Part shown: piece by piece, positions 38,379 through 48,428 of the stretch | How the letters are laid out: each line of letters starts with the position of its first letter | Numbering within the stretch: position 1 is the stretch's first letter | NCBI GenBank assembly: GCA_963810935.1 | Contig: CAWEPK010000008.1 | Coordinates: forward strand, 32,001-96,000 | From: an uncultured delta proteobacterium | GTDB taxonomy: Bacteria > Desulfobacterota > Syntrophorhabdia > Syntrophorhabdales > WCHB1-27 | DNA length: 64,000 bases | Direction of reading: 5' to 3' | Position numbers and translations under genes: made by a program | The notes under the pieces: generated by a model | Told to the model about the DNA's origin: nothing | Seen by the model: the letters and a program-made list of their open reading frames with translations, nothing else | Database searches by the model: none

Positions 38379-40250
38379 ATGCTCAGTTCACTCTATTCAG
38401 GCATAAGCGGACTTCTGGCGAATTCGGACGCGCTGGATGTCATAAGTAATAACATATCCAACGTGAACACGGTCGGCTACAAGTCACAGGGCGCCCAGTT
38501 CGAGGACCTGCTCTACCAGACCATCGTGGGCGCAAACGGCACCTCCCAGGTAGGCAGGGGCGCCGCTCTGGAGTCGGTAAATACGGACTTCTCGCAGGGG
38601 TCCTTCGAGACGACAAACTCCAGCACCGACCTCGCCATCGGCGGGCAGGGGTTCTTCATCGTGAATAAGCCCGACAGTGATACTCCGTACTATACGAGGG
38701 CGGGCAGCTTCACGCTCGACAAGAACGGCGACTTGGTCGACGACGCGGGCGATTACGTCCAGGGAAAGAGCATCGACCAGTCGACAGGCACGGCCTATGG
38801 CGTAGACGGCAACATCGTCATATCGCAGCAGCCGAGCGAGCCGAAGCCCTCGTCGACGATCGATATGGTCGTCAATCTCGACGCAGGCTCCGCGTGGGCG
38901 GGCAGCGCGAGTATTACGAGCGGGTCTCTTGTCACCAACATCGCGGCAGCGAGCGGACATTATCCTACGTCGGGCAATTACAGCGTTTCCGTCACTGGCG
39001 CCGCGACCGACGGCTCTTATCCCATCGCGCTCACCCTACCCGACGGCTCTACGGTCTATGGCTCCGCGACGGCCGACCAGAGCGTAAGCGATTTCGTCGG
39101 CAATACGAAGGCGGACGGGAGCGGCACTTCGGTCGATACAGGGCTCAGCCTGACTTTCGGCACGCTGTCGTACAGTCCGTCGTTCGCCGAAAGCGGCGTC
39201 GTCACTGAGGCGGCTGCTGCGACGGGCGACTCGCCCGGGGCGGGCACATATACGATCACCGTTACGGGCGCAGCGGTAAACGGCAGCTACCCTATCTCGA
39301 TCCAGATGCCGGACGGGACGACGCTTACCGGGACGGCCGCTAACGGGACCGTGAGCGACCTGGTCGCGACGGGCGGGACCGATACGGGGCTCAGCCTCAC
39401 GCTTTCCGGGTTGAGCTGGAATGCCGGTACGAGTACGGGCAGCACCGGTACGGTCACAGTCAGCGGGAGCGGCGCCACTGCTTTGGCCATCGGTGGCTTC
39501 GACGCCACTTCGGCGAGCTCAATGTCGGCCACGTCTAATTATTCATCTTCGATAACGGTCTATGATTCCCTCGGAACAGCTCACGTCGTCACAGCCTATT
39601 TCAGGAAAGACGACTCGAACTCCTCGGGCGCCACGTGGGACTGGTACGTGGAACCGCAGAGCGGCGATTCCATCACGTCGGGCGGTTCTGGGACCCTCAC
39701 GTTCAACAGCAGCGGCACTTTGATAGCCGGCGGGGCGGCCCAGCCTACGACCTTCAACTTTGCCGGCGCGCAGACGGGACAGGTGGTGAACCTCGTGTTA
39801 GGTTCGGCCTCAGGCGAAGGCTCGACAACGCAGTACTCGTCGACTACCTCCTCTAACACGGTCTATCAGAGCCAGGACGGCTACGCGCCGGGCGTGCTCC
39901 AGAGCATCTCCGTAAGCCAGGACGGCGTCATATCGGGAAGCTACGACAACGGCCAGAGCCTGAAGCTATACCAGCTAACCCTTGCTGACTTCAGCGACCC
40001 GCAGGGCCTTTCTTCGGACGGCGGCAACCTCTACTCTGCGACGCTAAGCTCCGGAGACGCCTACACCTCGGTGCCCGGAGCGGACGGCATGGGGAAGATC
40101 AGCGCGAACTCCCTTGAGGAATCGAATGTGGACCTCGCGACCCAGTTCTCACAGATGATTATCGCGCAGAGCGGCTACGAGGCCAACTCGAAAGTCATAA
40201 CGACGACCGACGAGTTACTCCAGACCCTGATGAACATGAAGACCACGTAA
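38379..40250 (+). CDS. flgE: flagellar hook protein, long form with internal duplication
   Basis: SGL..NNISNVNTVGYK, DLAI.G.GFF, YTRAG.F, LEESNVDL. Confidence 0.95.
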   Translation: MLSSLYSGISGLLANSDALDVISNNISNVNTVGYKSQGAQFEDLLYQTIVGANGTSQVGRGAALESVNTDFSQGSFETTNSSTDLAIGGQGFFIVNKPDSDTPYYTRAGSFTLDKNGDLVDDAGDYVQGKSIDQSTGTAYGVDGNIVISQQPSEPKPSSTIDMVVNLDAGSAWAGSASITSGSLVTNIAAASGHYPTSGNYSVSVTGAATDGSYPIALTLPDGSTVYGSATADQSVSDFVGNTKADGSGTSVDTGLSLTFGTLSYSPSFAESGVVTEAAAATGDSPGAGTYTITVTGAAVNGSYPISIQMPDGTTLTGTAANGTVSDLVATGGTDTGLSLTLSGLSWNAGTSTGSTGTVTVSGSGATALAIGGFDATSASSMSATSNYSSSITVYDSLGTAHVVTAYFRKDDSNSSGATWDWYVEPQSGDSITSGGSGTLTFNSSGTLIAGGAAQPTTFNFAGAQTGQVVNLVLGSASGEGSTTQYSSTTSSNTVYQSQDGYAPGVLQSISVSQDGVISGSYDNGQSLKLYQLTLADFSDPQGLSSDGGNLYSATLSSGDAYTSVPGADGMGKISANSLEESNVDLATQFSQMIIAQSGYEANSKVITTTDELLQTLMNMKTT

Positions 40251-40260
40251 CAACCACGGT

Positions 40261-40304
40261 AAGGGGGGCGGGTGGGCATAGGCCCGTCCGCCCCCCTTTA
40301 TTTT
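40261..40304 (+). terminator. intrinsic terminator after flgE
   Basis: AAGGGGGGCGG...CCGCCCCCCTT stem followed by TATTTT. Confidence 0.75.
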
Positions 40305-40360
40305 GCCTGCACGCGTCACGCATGTCCCCCAAGTATCTTCCTATCCCGCAAGTCACGCAT

Positions 40361-40374
40361 GTCAAGAAAGTGAC
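40361..40374. promoter_or_regulatory. FleQ-box-like activator site
   Basis: GTCAAGAAAGTGAC (GTCA-N6-TGAC). Confidence 0.55.
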
Positions 40375-40485
40375 GGAAGTCGCTCCCAACACCAACACCT
40401 GAAAGGCCTCGGAAGCACGGACCGCGCCGCGTCTCATCGTCCATATCCCCTTTAATAGAGCGGGTTTACAACGATCTAAGCGCAC

Positions 40486-40501
40486 TGGCATACATATTGC
40501 T
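40486..40501 (+). promoter_or_regulatory. sigma54 promoter of the fliL operon
   Basis: TGGCAT-N5-TTGCT. Confidence 0.75.
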
Positions 40502-40527
40502 GTTTCGTGTCCCAAGGAGGATGGTAA

Positions 40528-41031
40528 ATGGCTGAAGCAGAGACACAGGAAAAGGCAGCGCCCGAAGCAACCGAAAAGCCCGCGAAAGGGAAGAAAGGGC
40601 TCATCAAGATGCTCATAATCGTGCTCGCAGCGCTGGGGATCGCAGGCGCCTGTGGGTACTACTTCTACGGAAAGAACGCGCTGGCGCATGCCTCGAAAGA
40701 GAAGGCCGAGAAGAAGAATGAAAAGGTCGAGGTAGGTCCCATCGTCTCATTGGAGCCTTTCATCATCAATGTCTCCGGCGATTCCTCCAAATACGTCAAG
40801 ATCTCGGTTGCCCTCGAGCTGAAAAACGAAAAGGGAGTGGAGCACGCAAAGAAGATCACGCCTGTCATCCGCGACGTCATGCTGGGCGTGCTGGGCAGCA
40901 AGACACCTGAGACATTCATCGACGTGACCGGGCGGAACGCGATAAAAAAGGAACTCTTCACGACTGCCGACCGGCTCTTTGCGGACAACGGTCTAAAAGC
41001 GGTCTACATAACCGACATCGTCATGCAGTAG
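40528..41031 (+). CDS. fliL: flagellar basal body-associated protein
   Basis: Single TM, L.PFIIN, IRD, VYITD.VMQ. Confidence 0.9.
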   Translation: MAEAETQEKAAPEATEKPAKGKKGLIKMLIIVLAALGIAGACGYYFYGKNALAHASKEKAEKKNEKVEVGPIVSLEPFIINVSGDSSKYVKISVALELKNEKGVEHAKKITPVIRDVMLGVLGSKTPETFIDVTGRNAIKKELFTTADRLFADNGLKAVYITDIVMQ

Positions 41032-41042
41032 GAGCGATTAAC

Positions 41043-42053
41043 GTGGAGCAATTACTTTCCCAGGAAGAAATCGACGCCCTTCTCAAGGGGATCTCCGAAG
41101 GAGACGTGGAGACGGGGACTGAGGAAATGGAGGCGGAGGCAGAGGGACAGGCCGCAACGGAAGCGGTGCGCGTGCCGGCCACCGCGCAACTCCTCGATTT
41201 CGCAAAGTACACGAAGGTCAGGAAGGAGAAGCTGATTTCTCTGGACTTCATAAACGACCGGGTGTCGAAGTCCCTGCGGTCCGCTCTCACGCTGTTCCTC
41301 GAGAGAGAAGTCGAGATAAACGTCGGCCCGTCGCAGTACCTCGAATACGGCGAGTTCATCAAGACGCTCCCGCTGCCCACGAATATGAACATCGTCACGA
41401 CGGACAACCTCAAGGGCTTCTTCATCGTCATCTTCGACACGAAGCTGATCTTCTGCGTCCTCGAGACGGTATTCGGCGGAAGCAGCGTAACGGCGCCGAA
41501 AATAGAGGGCAGGGAGTTCACCAAGATTGAGTTTAACGTCATAAAGAAGCTGGTCGATATCGTCTGCACGGAAATGGAGCGCGCCTGGGAGCCGGTCTAC
41601 GAGATAAGATGCAGTTATTCGAGGTCGGAGATAAACCCCAATTACGTCACAATGGTCTCGATGGAAGAGACGATTGTTATGACGGAGTTCTCCATAGAGA
41701 TAGCCGACATAGCCGGTTGGATGAAGGTCTGCATACCTTACGGGATACTCGATACGATAAAGGACCACCTTCTGACGACGCCCTCGCGCGAAGACCTGGA
41801 GATGAGGCAGAAGTGGATGCAGAAACTGCGCGACCGCGTGAAGGAGGTGCCCCTCAACCTGAGGGCCGTTCTCGGCAAGAAGAAGCTCACCGTCGAGGAG
41901 TTCCTGAAGATCAAAAAAGACAGCCTGATCGTGACCGATACGCCCGTGGACGAGCCCATCGACGTTCGCATCGGAAACAAGACGAAGCTCAGAGGCAGCA
42001 TGGGCATCCATAAGGGCAGCAAGGCAGTCAGGATCGAGCAGATAGTTTATTGA
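41043..42053 (+). CDS. fliM: motor switch protein
   Basis: LLSQEEIDALL, FGG, REFT.IE, C-terminal SpoA domain. Confidence 0.95.
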   Translation: MEQLLSQEEIDALLKGISEGDVETGTEEMEAEAEGQAATEAVRVPATAQLLDFAKYTKVRKEKLISLDFINDRVSKSLRSALTLFLEREVEINVGPSQYLEYGEFIKTLPLPTNMNIVTTDNLKGFFIVIFDTKLIFCVLETVFGGSSVTAPKIEGREFTKIEFNVIKKLVDIVCTEMERAWEPVYEIRCSYSRSEINPNYVTMVSMEETIVMTEFSIEIADIAGWMKVCIPYGILDTIKDHLLTTPSREDLEMRQKWMQKLRDRVKEVPLNLRAVLGKKKLTVEEFLKIKKDSLIVTDTPVDEPIDVRIGNKTKLRGSMGIHKGSKAVRIEQIVY

Positions 42054-42056
42054 GAG

Positions 42057-42374
42057 GTGGAAGTGATGGAGCAATTCGCTGAAGAAAAACAGTCCGGCAA
42101 CGGAGAAGGCCGCGAGATGAGCATCGACAGTCTGCTCGACATCCTGGTCGAGATCTCTGTGGAGATAGGAAGGACGAAGATGCCTATAGGCGAGCTGCTT
42201 TCCGTGGGCAGAGGATCGATCGTCGAGCTGAACAGGCTGGCCGGTGAGTCAGCCGACATCTACGTGAACGAGAAGCTCGTCGGGAAAGGAGAGATCGTAG
42301 TGGCGAACGAGCGGCTGGGCGTCAGGGTGCTCGAGATAGTGACCCCGAAAGAAAGGGTCCAGAAGCTGGGCTGA
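42057..42374 (+). CDS. fliN: motor switch protein
   Basis: LLDI.VE.SVEIGR, GSIVEL.RLAGE, GEIVV. Confidence 0.95.
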   Translation: MEVMEQFAEEKQSGNGEGREMSIDSLLDILVEISVEIGRTKMPIGELLSVGRGSIVELNRLAGESADIYVNEKLVGKGEIVVANERLGVRVLEIVTPKERVQKLG

Positions 42375-42661
42375 TGGAAAGCATATACTTTAGCGCTCTC
42401 AAGATGTTCTTTGCCTTGGCGGCCATGGTTTTCGCCGCTCTGGTCTGTTATCGCTACATGGGCAAATGGCGGGAGAAGCTTAACCTCAACCTGAAGCCCA
42501 GGGGACATCGATACGGGCTGCAGAAGACGGAAACGATCCATCTCGGCTACAGGAAGTTCGTCTCGGTCGTCGAGGTGCACAACCGCGTCCTCGTAATCGG
42601 CGTCGGGGACAAAGAGATAGCCCTCCTGGCGGAATGGCAGAACGCGGAGACCGCAGGATGA
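42374..42661 (+). CDS. fliO: flagellar biosynthesis protein
   Basis: N-terminal TM, LG.RK...VVEV....VIGV; position. Confidence 0.8.
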   Translation: MESIYFSALKMFFALAAMVFAALVCYRYMGKWREKLNLNLKPRGHRYGLQKTETIHLGYRKFVSVVEVHNRVLVIGVGDKEIALLAEWQNAETAG

Positions 42662-43434
42662 TGAAAGCAGTCCTCCTTGTCATCGTAATGGTCTGCCTGA
42701 TCGGCCTGCCCTGCGTCTGCTACGCGAAAGCGCATCAAGCAAAGGCGGCCGCCGCTTCCGCGGGACCGACCAAATCCGACCTCTTCGGCTCTCTTATCGG
42801 GGCCCAGGGGAACAAGAACCTTCTCAACATCGTCATCGTCCTTACCATCCTGACCTTTGCCCCCGCGATCCTTCTATTGATGAGCTCGTTCACGAGGATC
42901 GTCATAGTACTTTCGTTTTTGCGGCAGGCGATGGGCGTACCGCAGCTCCCGCCGAACCAGATCATTGTCGGCCTTTCGCTGTTCCTGACATTCTTCGTGA
43001 TGGCGCCGACGTACACCCGCATCAACGAAGCGGCGTTCGCCCCGTTCATGAGCGATAAGATCGGCTACGAAGAGTTCCTCGGCCGCTCGTCGCAGGAAAT
43101 GGGCAAGTTCATGTTGAAGTTCACCAAAGAGAAGGACCTGGCGCTCTTCATGAACATAGGCGGCTTGCAGCGGCCGGCAAACGAGAAAGACGTGCCTTTC
43201 AGGGTCATAGTGCCGGCGTTCGCGATCAGCGAGCTGAAGAGGGCCTTCCAGATAGGTTTTCTTCTGTACATACCTTTCCTGGTGATAGATATGGTGGTAG
43301 CCAGTATCCTGCTTTCCGCGGGTATGATGATGTTGCCGCCGGTATTCATATCATTGCCGTTCAAGTTAATGCTGTTCGTGCTGGTTGACGGGTGGAACCT
43401 GCTTACAGGCTCACTCATCAAAGGATTCTTATAG
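42658..43434 (+). CDS. fliP: export gate protein
   Basis: SFTRIVIVL..LRQA.G, PPNQ, PAF.ISEL, GMMMLPP, LFVLVDGW. Confidence 0.97.
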   Translation: MMKAVLLVIVMVCLIGLPCVCYAKAHQAKAAAASAGPTKSDLFGSLIGAQGNKNLLNIVIVLTILTFAPAILLLMSSFTRIVIVLSFLRQAMGVPQLPPNQIIVGLSLFLTFFVMAPTYTRINEAAFAPFMSDKIGYEEFLGRSSQEMGKFMLKFTKEKDLALFMNIGGLQRPANEKDVPFRVIVPAFAISELKRAFQIGFLLYIPFLVIDMVVASILLSAGMMMLPPVFISLPFKLMLFVLVDGWNLLTGSLIKGFL

Positions 43435-43443
43435 GGGGATGGA

Positions 43444-43713
43444 ATGAGCCAGGACCTGATCGTCCAGATATTCAGGGACATGTTGAAAACGTCGTTCCTA
43501 CTCACCGCCCCCTTGCTCGGCGTGGCCCTCGTCGTCGGTCTGGCCGTCAGCATTTTCCAGGCTGCGACGCAGATACACGAGATGAGCCTGGCGTTCGTCC
43601 CCAAGGTGCTTGCCATTATGGCCTGCCTTATGTTCCTGTCGCCGTGGATGCTGCACCAGCTCGTATCGTTCACCACCGGCATCATTTCGAACATACCGGT
43701 GTATGTGAGGTAG
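43444..43713 (+). CDS. fliQ: export gate protein
   Basis: SIFQAATQI.E..L.FVPK, PWML. Confidence 0.95.
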   Translation: MSQDLIVQIFRDMLKTSFLLTAPLLGVALVVGLAVSIFQAATQIHEMSLAFVPKVLAIMACLMFLSPWMLHQLVSFTTGIISNIPVYVR

Positions 43714-43715
43714 GC

Positions 43716-44480
43716 GTGATCGACTTAGGCCTCGACGTCCAGAGGTTCATCCTCGTCTTCTTCCGGGTAGTGTCCATGATCTGGCTGCTGCCCCTTTTCG
43801 AGTCGAAGAGCATATCGATTGTCTACAAGGCGGCGCTTTCCCTCCTGATCGCCTTCCTGCTGTTCAAGACGGTGCCGATACCCGATATGGGCGGGGACGC
43901 CTTCCTGCTCCTGATAGCTATAGGCAAGGAGATGCTTATCGGCCTCTCCGTGGGGTTCATGGTCAAAATAATCTTCGCCATGGTGAGCGCGGCAGGTGAG
44001 GTAATCTCGATGCAGTCGGGCATGTCGTTCGCCCGGTCCCTCGACATGACGATGAACGTGCAGACCTCTGTGATCGAGCAGTTGAAGAACCTCCTCGCCA
44101 TAATGATATTCCTCGCCATAGACGGCCACCATATCGTTTTGAAAGGCATATCGACGAGCCTGAAATACGTTCCGCCGGGCGCGGTCATCATGCGGCCCGG
44201 ACTTTTCGAGTATATGATCGACGCTACGGGCAAGCTCTTCGGAGCGGCCCTGAAGATCGGGGCTCCGGTCATCGTGACGCTTTTCCTCGTCGAGCTGGCG
44301 CTGGGCGTGCTCGCGCGCCTCGTGCCGCAGGTAAACGTCTTCGTCGAAGGTGCTTCCATTAAGATTCTGATCACGCTCACCGTGCTCGCCCTCTCGCTGA
44401 ACCTGATCGTCCCGGTCATAGCGACGGCGTTCAGGGGGATGGACGGTGAGATGCTCAAGCTTATGAAGCTGATGATATAG
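43716..44480 (+). CDS. fliR: export gate protein
   Basis: Multi-TM, E..IG, AG...S.Q.G, DGHH, R.VPQ.NVF; GTG start. Confidence 0.92.
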   Translation: MIDLGLDVQRFILVFFRVVSMIWLLPLFESKSISIVYKAALSLLIAFLLFKTVPIPDMGGDAFLLLIAIGKEMLIGLSVGFMVKIIFAMVSAAGEVISMQSGMSFARSLDMTMNVQTSVIEQLKNLLAIMIFLAIDGHHIVLKGISTSLKYVPPGAVIMRPGLFEYMIDATGKLFGAALKIGAPVIVTLFLVELALGVLARLVPQVNVFVEGASIKILITLTVLALSLNLIVPVIATAFRGMDGEMLKLMKLMI

Positions 44481-44498
44481 GGAGATAAGAGGCTTAAC

Positions 44499-45563
44499 AT
44501 GCCTGAGACGTTCCAGGAGAAGACAGAGCAACCCACCGATAAAAGGCTTCAGGACGCGCGCAAGAAAGGACAGGTCGCGCAGTCCCCGGAGCTCGCCTCC
44601 TGCTTCGTCATCATCTTCATGACGGTCTTCCTTTACTATTCGATGTCCCGGGGCTTCGACAAGATGTTCACCGTTTACAGCCATTACATCCGGGGCGCTA
44701 ACGCCGACATTACGATATCGAGCGTGCAGGGCATCTTATCCTTCGCCCTCTCGCAGTGGCTTTTCATGGTTGTGCCTGTCTTCGCCCTGCTTATCGCCCT
44801 CGGTCTTTTCTCCGGGTTCATCCAGACAGGGTTTATGTTCAGCTTCGAGGCGCTTACGCCGAAACTGGAGACGCTCGACCCCCTTAAGGGGATAAAGCGG
44901 CTTTTTTCGCAAAGGTCGTTTTTCGAGATGATCAAATCGGTCATCAAGATAGTCGTCCTCACATATTTCGTCTATTCCCTGTTCACACGGGAGATGCCCG
45001 CGATACTCTCACTGAGCGGTCAGGAGACGGGGGCGATACTCCGCTTTGTCGGTCGCTCGGCCTTCGGCCTGACCATGAAGCTGGGGGCCACTTTCCTCTT
45101 CCTTGCCGGGCTCGATTACGCGAGGCAGAGGTGGCAGCAGAGGAAAGACCTGATGATGACGCGGCAGGAGATCAAAGAGGAATATAAGGAGAGAGAGGGC
45201 AGCCCGCTCGTCAAGTCGAGGATCAGGAGCATCCAGAGGGACGCGGCGCGCAGAAGGATGATAGAGGACGTGAAGAAGGCCGACTTTGTCCTGGCCAACC
45301 CGACGAGCCTCGCCATCGCCATACAGTACATCTCGAAGCAGATGCCCGCCCCGAGGGTCGTAGCAAAGGGCGGGGGGTTCGTGGCGGAGCGGATAAAACA
45401 GACCGCCAGGTCGGCCGGGGTGATGATCATAGAGAACAAGCCTGTCGCACGGGCGCTTTTTTACACGATAAAAGTCGGGGATTACATCCCGGAGAAGTTC
45501 TACGTGATCGTAGCCGAGCTTCTTGCACAGGTCTATAAACAAAGGAACAGGGTGGCAATCTGA
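44499..45563 (+). CDS. flhB: export switch protein
   Basis: EKTEQPT.KRL..AR.KG, MT.QE.KEE.K..EG.P, NPTS, P.VVAKG. Confidence 0.95.
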   Translation: MPETFQEKTEQPTDKRLQDARKKGQVAQSPELASCFVIIFMTVFLYYSMSRGFDKMFTVYSHYIRGANADITISSVQGILSFALSQWLFMVVPVFALLIALGLFSGFIQTGFMFSFEALTPKLETLDPLKGIKRLFSQRSFFEMIKSVIKIVVLTYFVYSLFTREMPAILSLSGQETGAILRFVGRSAFGLTMKLGATFLFLAGLDYARQRWQQRKDLMMTRQEIKEEYKEREGSPLVKSRIRSIQRDAARRRMIEDVKKADFVLANPTSLAIAIQYISKQMPAPRVVAKGGGFVAERIKQTARSAGVMIIENKPVARALFYTIKVGDYIPEKFYVIVAELLAQVYKQRNRVAI

Positions 45564-47620
45564 TGGAAACGATCGTCAGCAAGATACGGGACAAGGGCGA
45601 CGTCGTAATCGCCGTAAGCATAGTTTTTGTCATTCTCATCATGCTCGTTCCGCTAACCCCCTTTCTAGCCGATATGTTCCTCACCTTGAGCATATCAATC
45701 TCCCTGCTCGTCATCTTTGTAGGGATGTATATACGCAGGCCGCTGGACTTCTCGGTTTTTCCTTCCGTGCTTCTCATTACGACGCTCTTCAGGCTTTCCC
45801 TCAACATCGCCTCGACCAGGCTGATACTCCTGCATGGCGATGAAGGGCCGCAGGCCGCAGGACGGCTCATCAAGGCGTTCGGCGCATTCATCATAGGCGG
45901 CAACTACGTGGTCGGGTGCGTCGTCTTCCTGATCCTGGTAATCATCAATTTCGTCGTTATCACGAAGGGCGCAGGGAGGGTCGCCGAGGTGGCCGCCCGT
46001 TTCACCCTGGACGCCATGCCGGGTAAGCAGATGAGCATAGACGCGGACCTCAACGCCGGGCTTATCGACGACGTTACGGCCAGGAAGAGAAGGGAAGGCA
46101 TCGCGATGGAGGCCGACTTTTACGGCTCGATGGACGGCGCGAGCAAGTTCGTAAGGGGAGACGCCATAGCCGGCATCATCATCATATTCGTCAATATCCT
46201 CGGCGGCTTCGCCATCGGCGTGCTCCAGAAAGGCATGGGCATTGGAGACGCCCTGGCTAACTATACGATCCTGACAATAGGCGAGGGCCTTGTCAGCCAG
46301 ATACCCGCCCTCCTTACATCTACGGCGGCCGGCATAATCGTGACAAGGGCGGCGAGCGATTCAAACCTCGGCAAAGACATGATAAGCCAGATCGTCATGC
46401 AGCCGAAGGCGATAGTCCTCGCCTCTGCGATCATCCTTTCCCTCGGCCTTGCGCCGGGCATGCCTTTGATGCCCTTTATGGCCCTTTCGACAGTCACCTT
46501 CGCGGCGAGCTACGCCATTAACAAAGCCAAGAAAGAAGAGGCGGCAGCGCTCCCCGCACCGAAGAAAGAGCCTACAGAAAAGGAAGAAACGGTGCAGCCC
46601 ATCGAGCTTTTGGAGCTGGAGATCGGCTACGCCCTTATCCCCTTGGTCGATGCCGAGCACGGTGGGGAGTTGCTCGACAAAATACGGGCCATAAGGAAGC
46701 AGATGGCCCTGGAGCTGGGTATAGTCGTTCCTCCCATGAAGCTGAAAGATAACCTACAGCTAAAGCCGACCGAGTATGTGATCCACATGAAGGGCATAGA
46801 AGTCGGGAAGGGCGAGCTGCTTCTCGGCCACGTCCTTGCCATGAGCCCCGAAGGCAACGAAAAGCATGTGGACGGCGTACCTACGAGGGAGCCGGTCTTC
46901 AACCTTGAGGCTTACTGGATCAAGGAGAAGGACCGCGAGAAGTACGTCGCAGAGGGCCTGACCATCGTGGACCACCCGACTATCGTCGCCACGCACCTGA
47001 CGGAGATAGTGAGGAACAACGCGGCGGAGCTGCTCTCCCGCCGGGAGACGCAGAAGCTCCTGGATTCTATCTCCTCGACGCATCAGAAAGTTATGGAGGA
47101 GATCAATCAGAACCAGGTGAGCATGGGCGTCATACAGAAGGTCCTCCAGAACCTCCTGCGGGAGCAAGTGTCGATCAGGGACCTCGTAACCGTCCTGGAG
47201 GCAATAGCGGACTCCTGCGGCACCATCAAGGACCCGGACATCATAACGGAATACGTCCGGCAGAAGATGGCCCGGAGCATATTAAAGCCTTACCTGACGG
47301 ACGGCGTACTAAACATAATGCTGATGGAGAAGAGCCTGGAGGAAAAGGTGATCGCCCGTCTCCAGGCGTCCGACGACGGCGGCATCCTGGCCCTCGACCT
47401 GGGCTTCGGGCAGAAGCTCGTCGAAAAAATCGGCGAAGAGTCGAGGAAAGCGATGCTCAAGAGCGTCCAGCCGATACTGCTGGTGCACCCGATCATACGC
47501 GGGAAGCTGCGGAGGTTCCTTGAAAGGCATATCCAGGGGATCACCGTGATATCGCACAACGAGATCCCGCCGCAAATAAGAGTGCAGTCCGTGGGCGTTG
47601 TTAAGATGAGCGACCAATAG
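45563..47620 (+). CDS. flhA: export apparatus protein
   Basis: RVAEVAARFTLDAMPGKQMSIDADL, FYGSMDGASKFV.GDA, LLRE.VSIRDL. Confidence 0.97.
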   Translation: METIVSKIRDKGDVVIAVSIVFVILIMLVPLTPFLADMFLTLSISISLLVIFVGMYIRRPLDFSVFPSVLLITTLFRLSLNIASTRLILLHGDEGPQAAGRLIKAFGAFIIGGNYVVGCVVFLILVIINFVVITKGAGRVAEVAARFTLDAMPGKQMSIDADLNAGLIDDVTARKRREGIAMEADFYGSMDGASKFVRGDAIAGIIIIFVNILGGFAIGVLQKGMGIGDALANYTILTIGEGLVSQIPALLTSTAAGIIVTRAASDSNLGKDMISQIVMQPKAIVLASAIILSLGLAPGMPLMPFMALSTVTFAASYAINKAKKEEAAALPAPKKEPTEKEETVQPIELLELEIGYALIPLVDAEHGGELLDKIRAIRKQMALELGIVVPPMKLKDNLQLKPTEYVIHMKGIEVGKGELLLGHVLAMSPEGNEKHVDGVPTREPVFNLEAYWIKEKDREKYVAEGLTIVDHPTIVATHLTEIVRNNAAELLSRRETQKLLDSISSTHQKVMEEINQNQVSMGVIQKVLQNLLREQVSIRDLVTVLEAIADSCGTIKDPDIITEYVRQKMARSILKPYLTDGVLNIMLMEKSLEEKVIARLQASDDGGILALDLGFGQKLVEKIGEESRKAMLKSVQPILLVHPIIRGKLRRFLERHIQGITVISHNEIPPQIRVQSVGVVKMSDQ

Positions 47621-47660
47621 GCGACGGAAGCGACATAAGGGCATTGAGGAGCGATAAACG

Positions 47661-48428
47661 ATGCAGTCATTATCCCAGGCAGGCGTGATGAGCAGACGGA
47701 GACGGATCGTAGCGGTGACCAGCGGAAAAGGGGGCGTCGGAAAGTCGTCCATCGTGTCCAACATGGCTTATTTGCTGACCGGTATGGGCGAGAGCGCGTA
47801 CATATTCGATGCGGACCTCTCCCTCGGTAATATCGACGTGATGCTGGGCCTGGTCCCAAAGGTCAACGTGAGGGACCTTATAGAAGGGAAGAAGGTCATC
47901 GCGGACGTTGTCGTGGAGGGGCCGTTCGGCATAAAGGTCATCCCGGCGACATCCGGCGTCGCGGAGCTTTCCAACCTGAGCATCGAGGAAAGGCAGATCC
48001 TTCTTTCGTCCTTCAGGGAGCTGCCCGATCACGACTTCCTCATAATCGACACGTCCGCCGGGCTTTCGTCGAACGTGATGTATTTCAACGCCATAGCCGA
48101 CGATATCTTCATAGTCGTCACGCCGGACCCGGCGAGCTTTACGGATTCATACGCTGTGATAAAGGCGCTTCGAGGCAGGACCGGGCGCAAGAACTTCAAC
48201 ATAATTGCGAACCTGGTGCGCGACGAGAAAGAAGCGCTGTCAATATTCAACAAGATCGTGACGGTTGCGGACCGGTTCCTCGACGTCTATCTCGACTTCT
48301 ACGGGTACATACCCGTGGACTCCAACATAAGCGCGGCGACGAGGAAGCAGAGGCTCTGGGCGGAGGCTTTCCCCCAGGCCGCTGCAACGAAAGCGCTTAC
48401 AAATATATGCAACAGGTTGGTAAAGTGA
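47661..48428 (+). CDS. flhG: MinD-like flagellar number regulator FlhG/FleN
   Basis: SGKGGVGKS, DADLSLGN.D, IDT.AG, TPDP.S.TD.YA.IK. Confidence 0.92.
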   Translation: MQSLSQAGVMSRRRRIVAVTSGKGGVGKSSIVSNMAYLLTGMGESAYIFDADLSLGNIDVMLGLVPKVNVRDLIEGKKVIADVVVEGPFGIKVIPATSGVAELSNLSIEERQILLSSFRELPDHDFLIIDTSAGLSSNVMYFNAIADDIFIVVTPDPASFTDSYAVIKALRGRTGRKNFNIIANLVRDEKEALSIFNKIVTVADRFLDVYLDFYGYIPVDSNISAATRKQRLWAEAFPQAAATKALTNICNRLVK

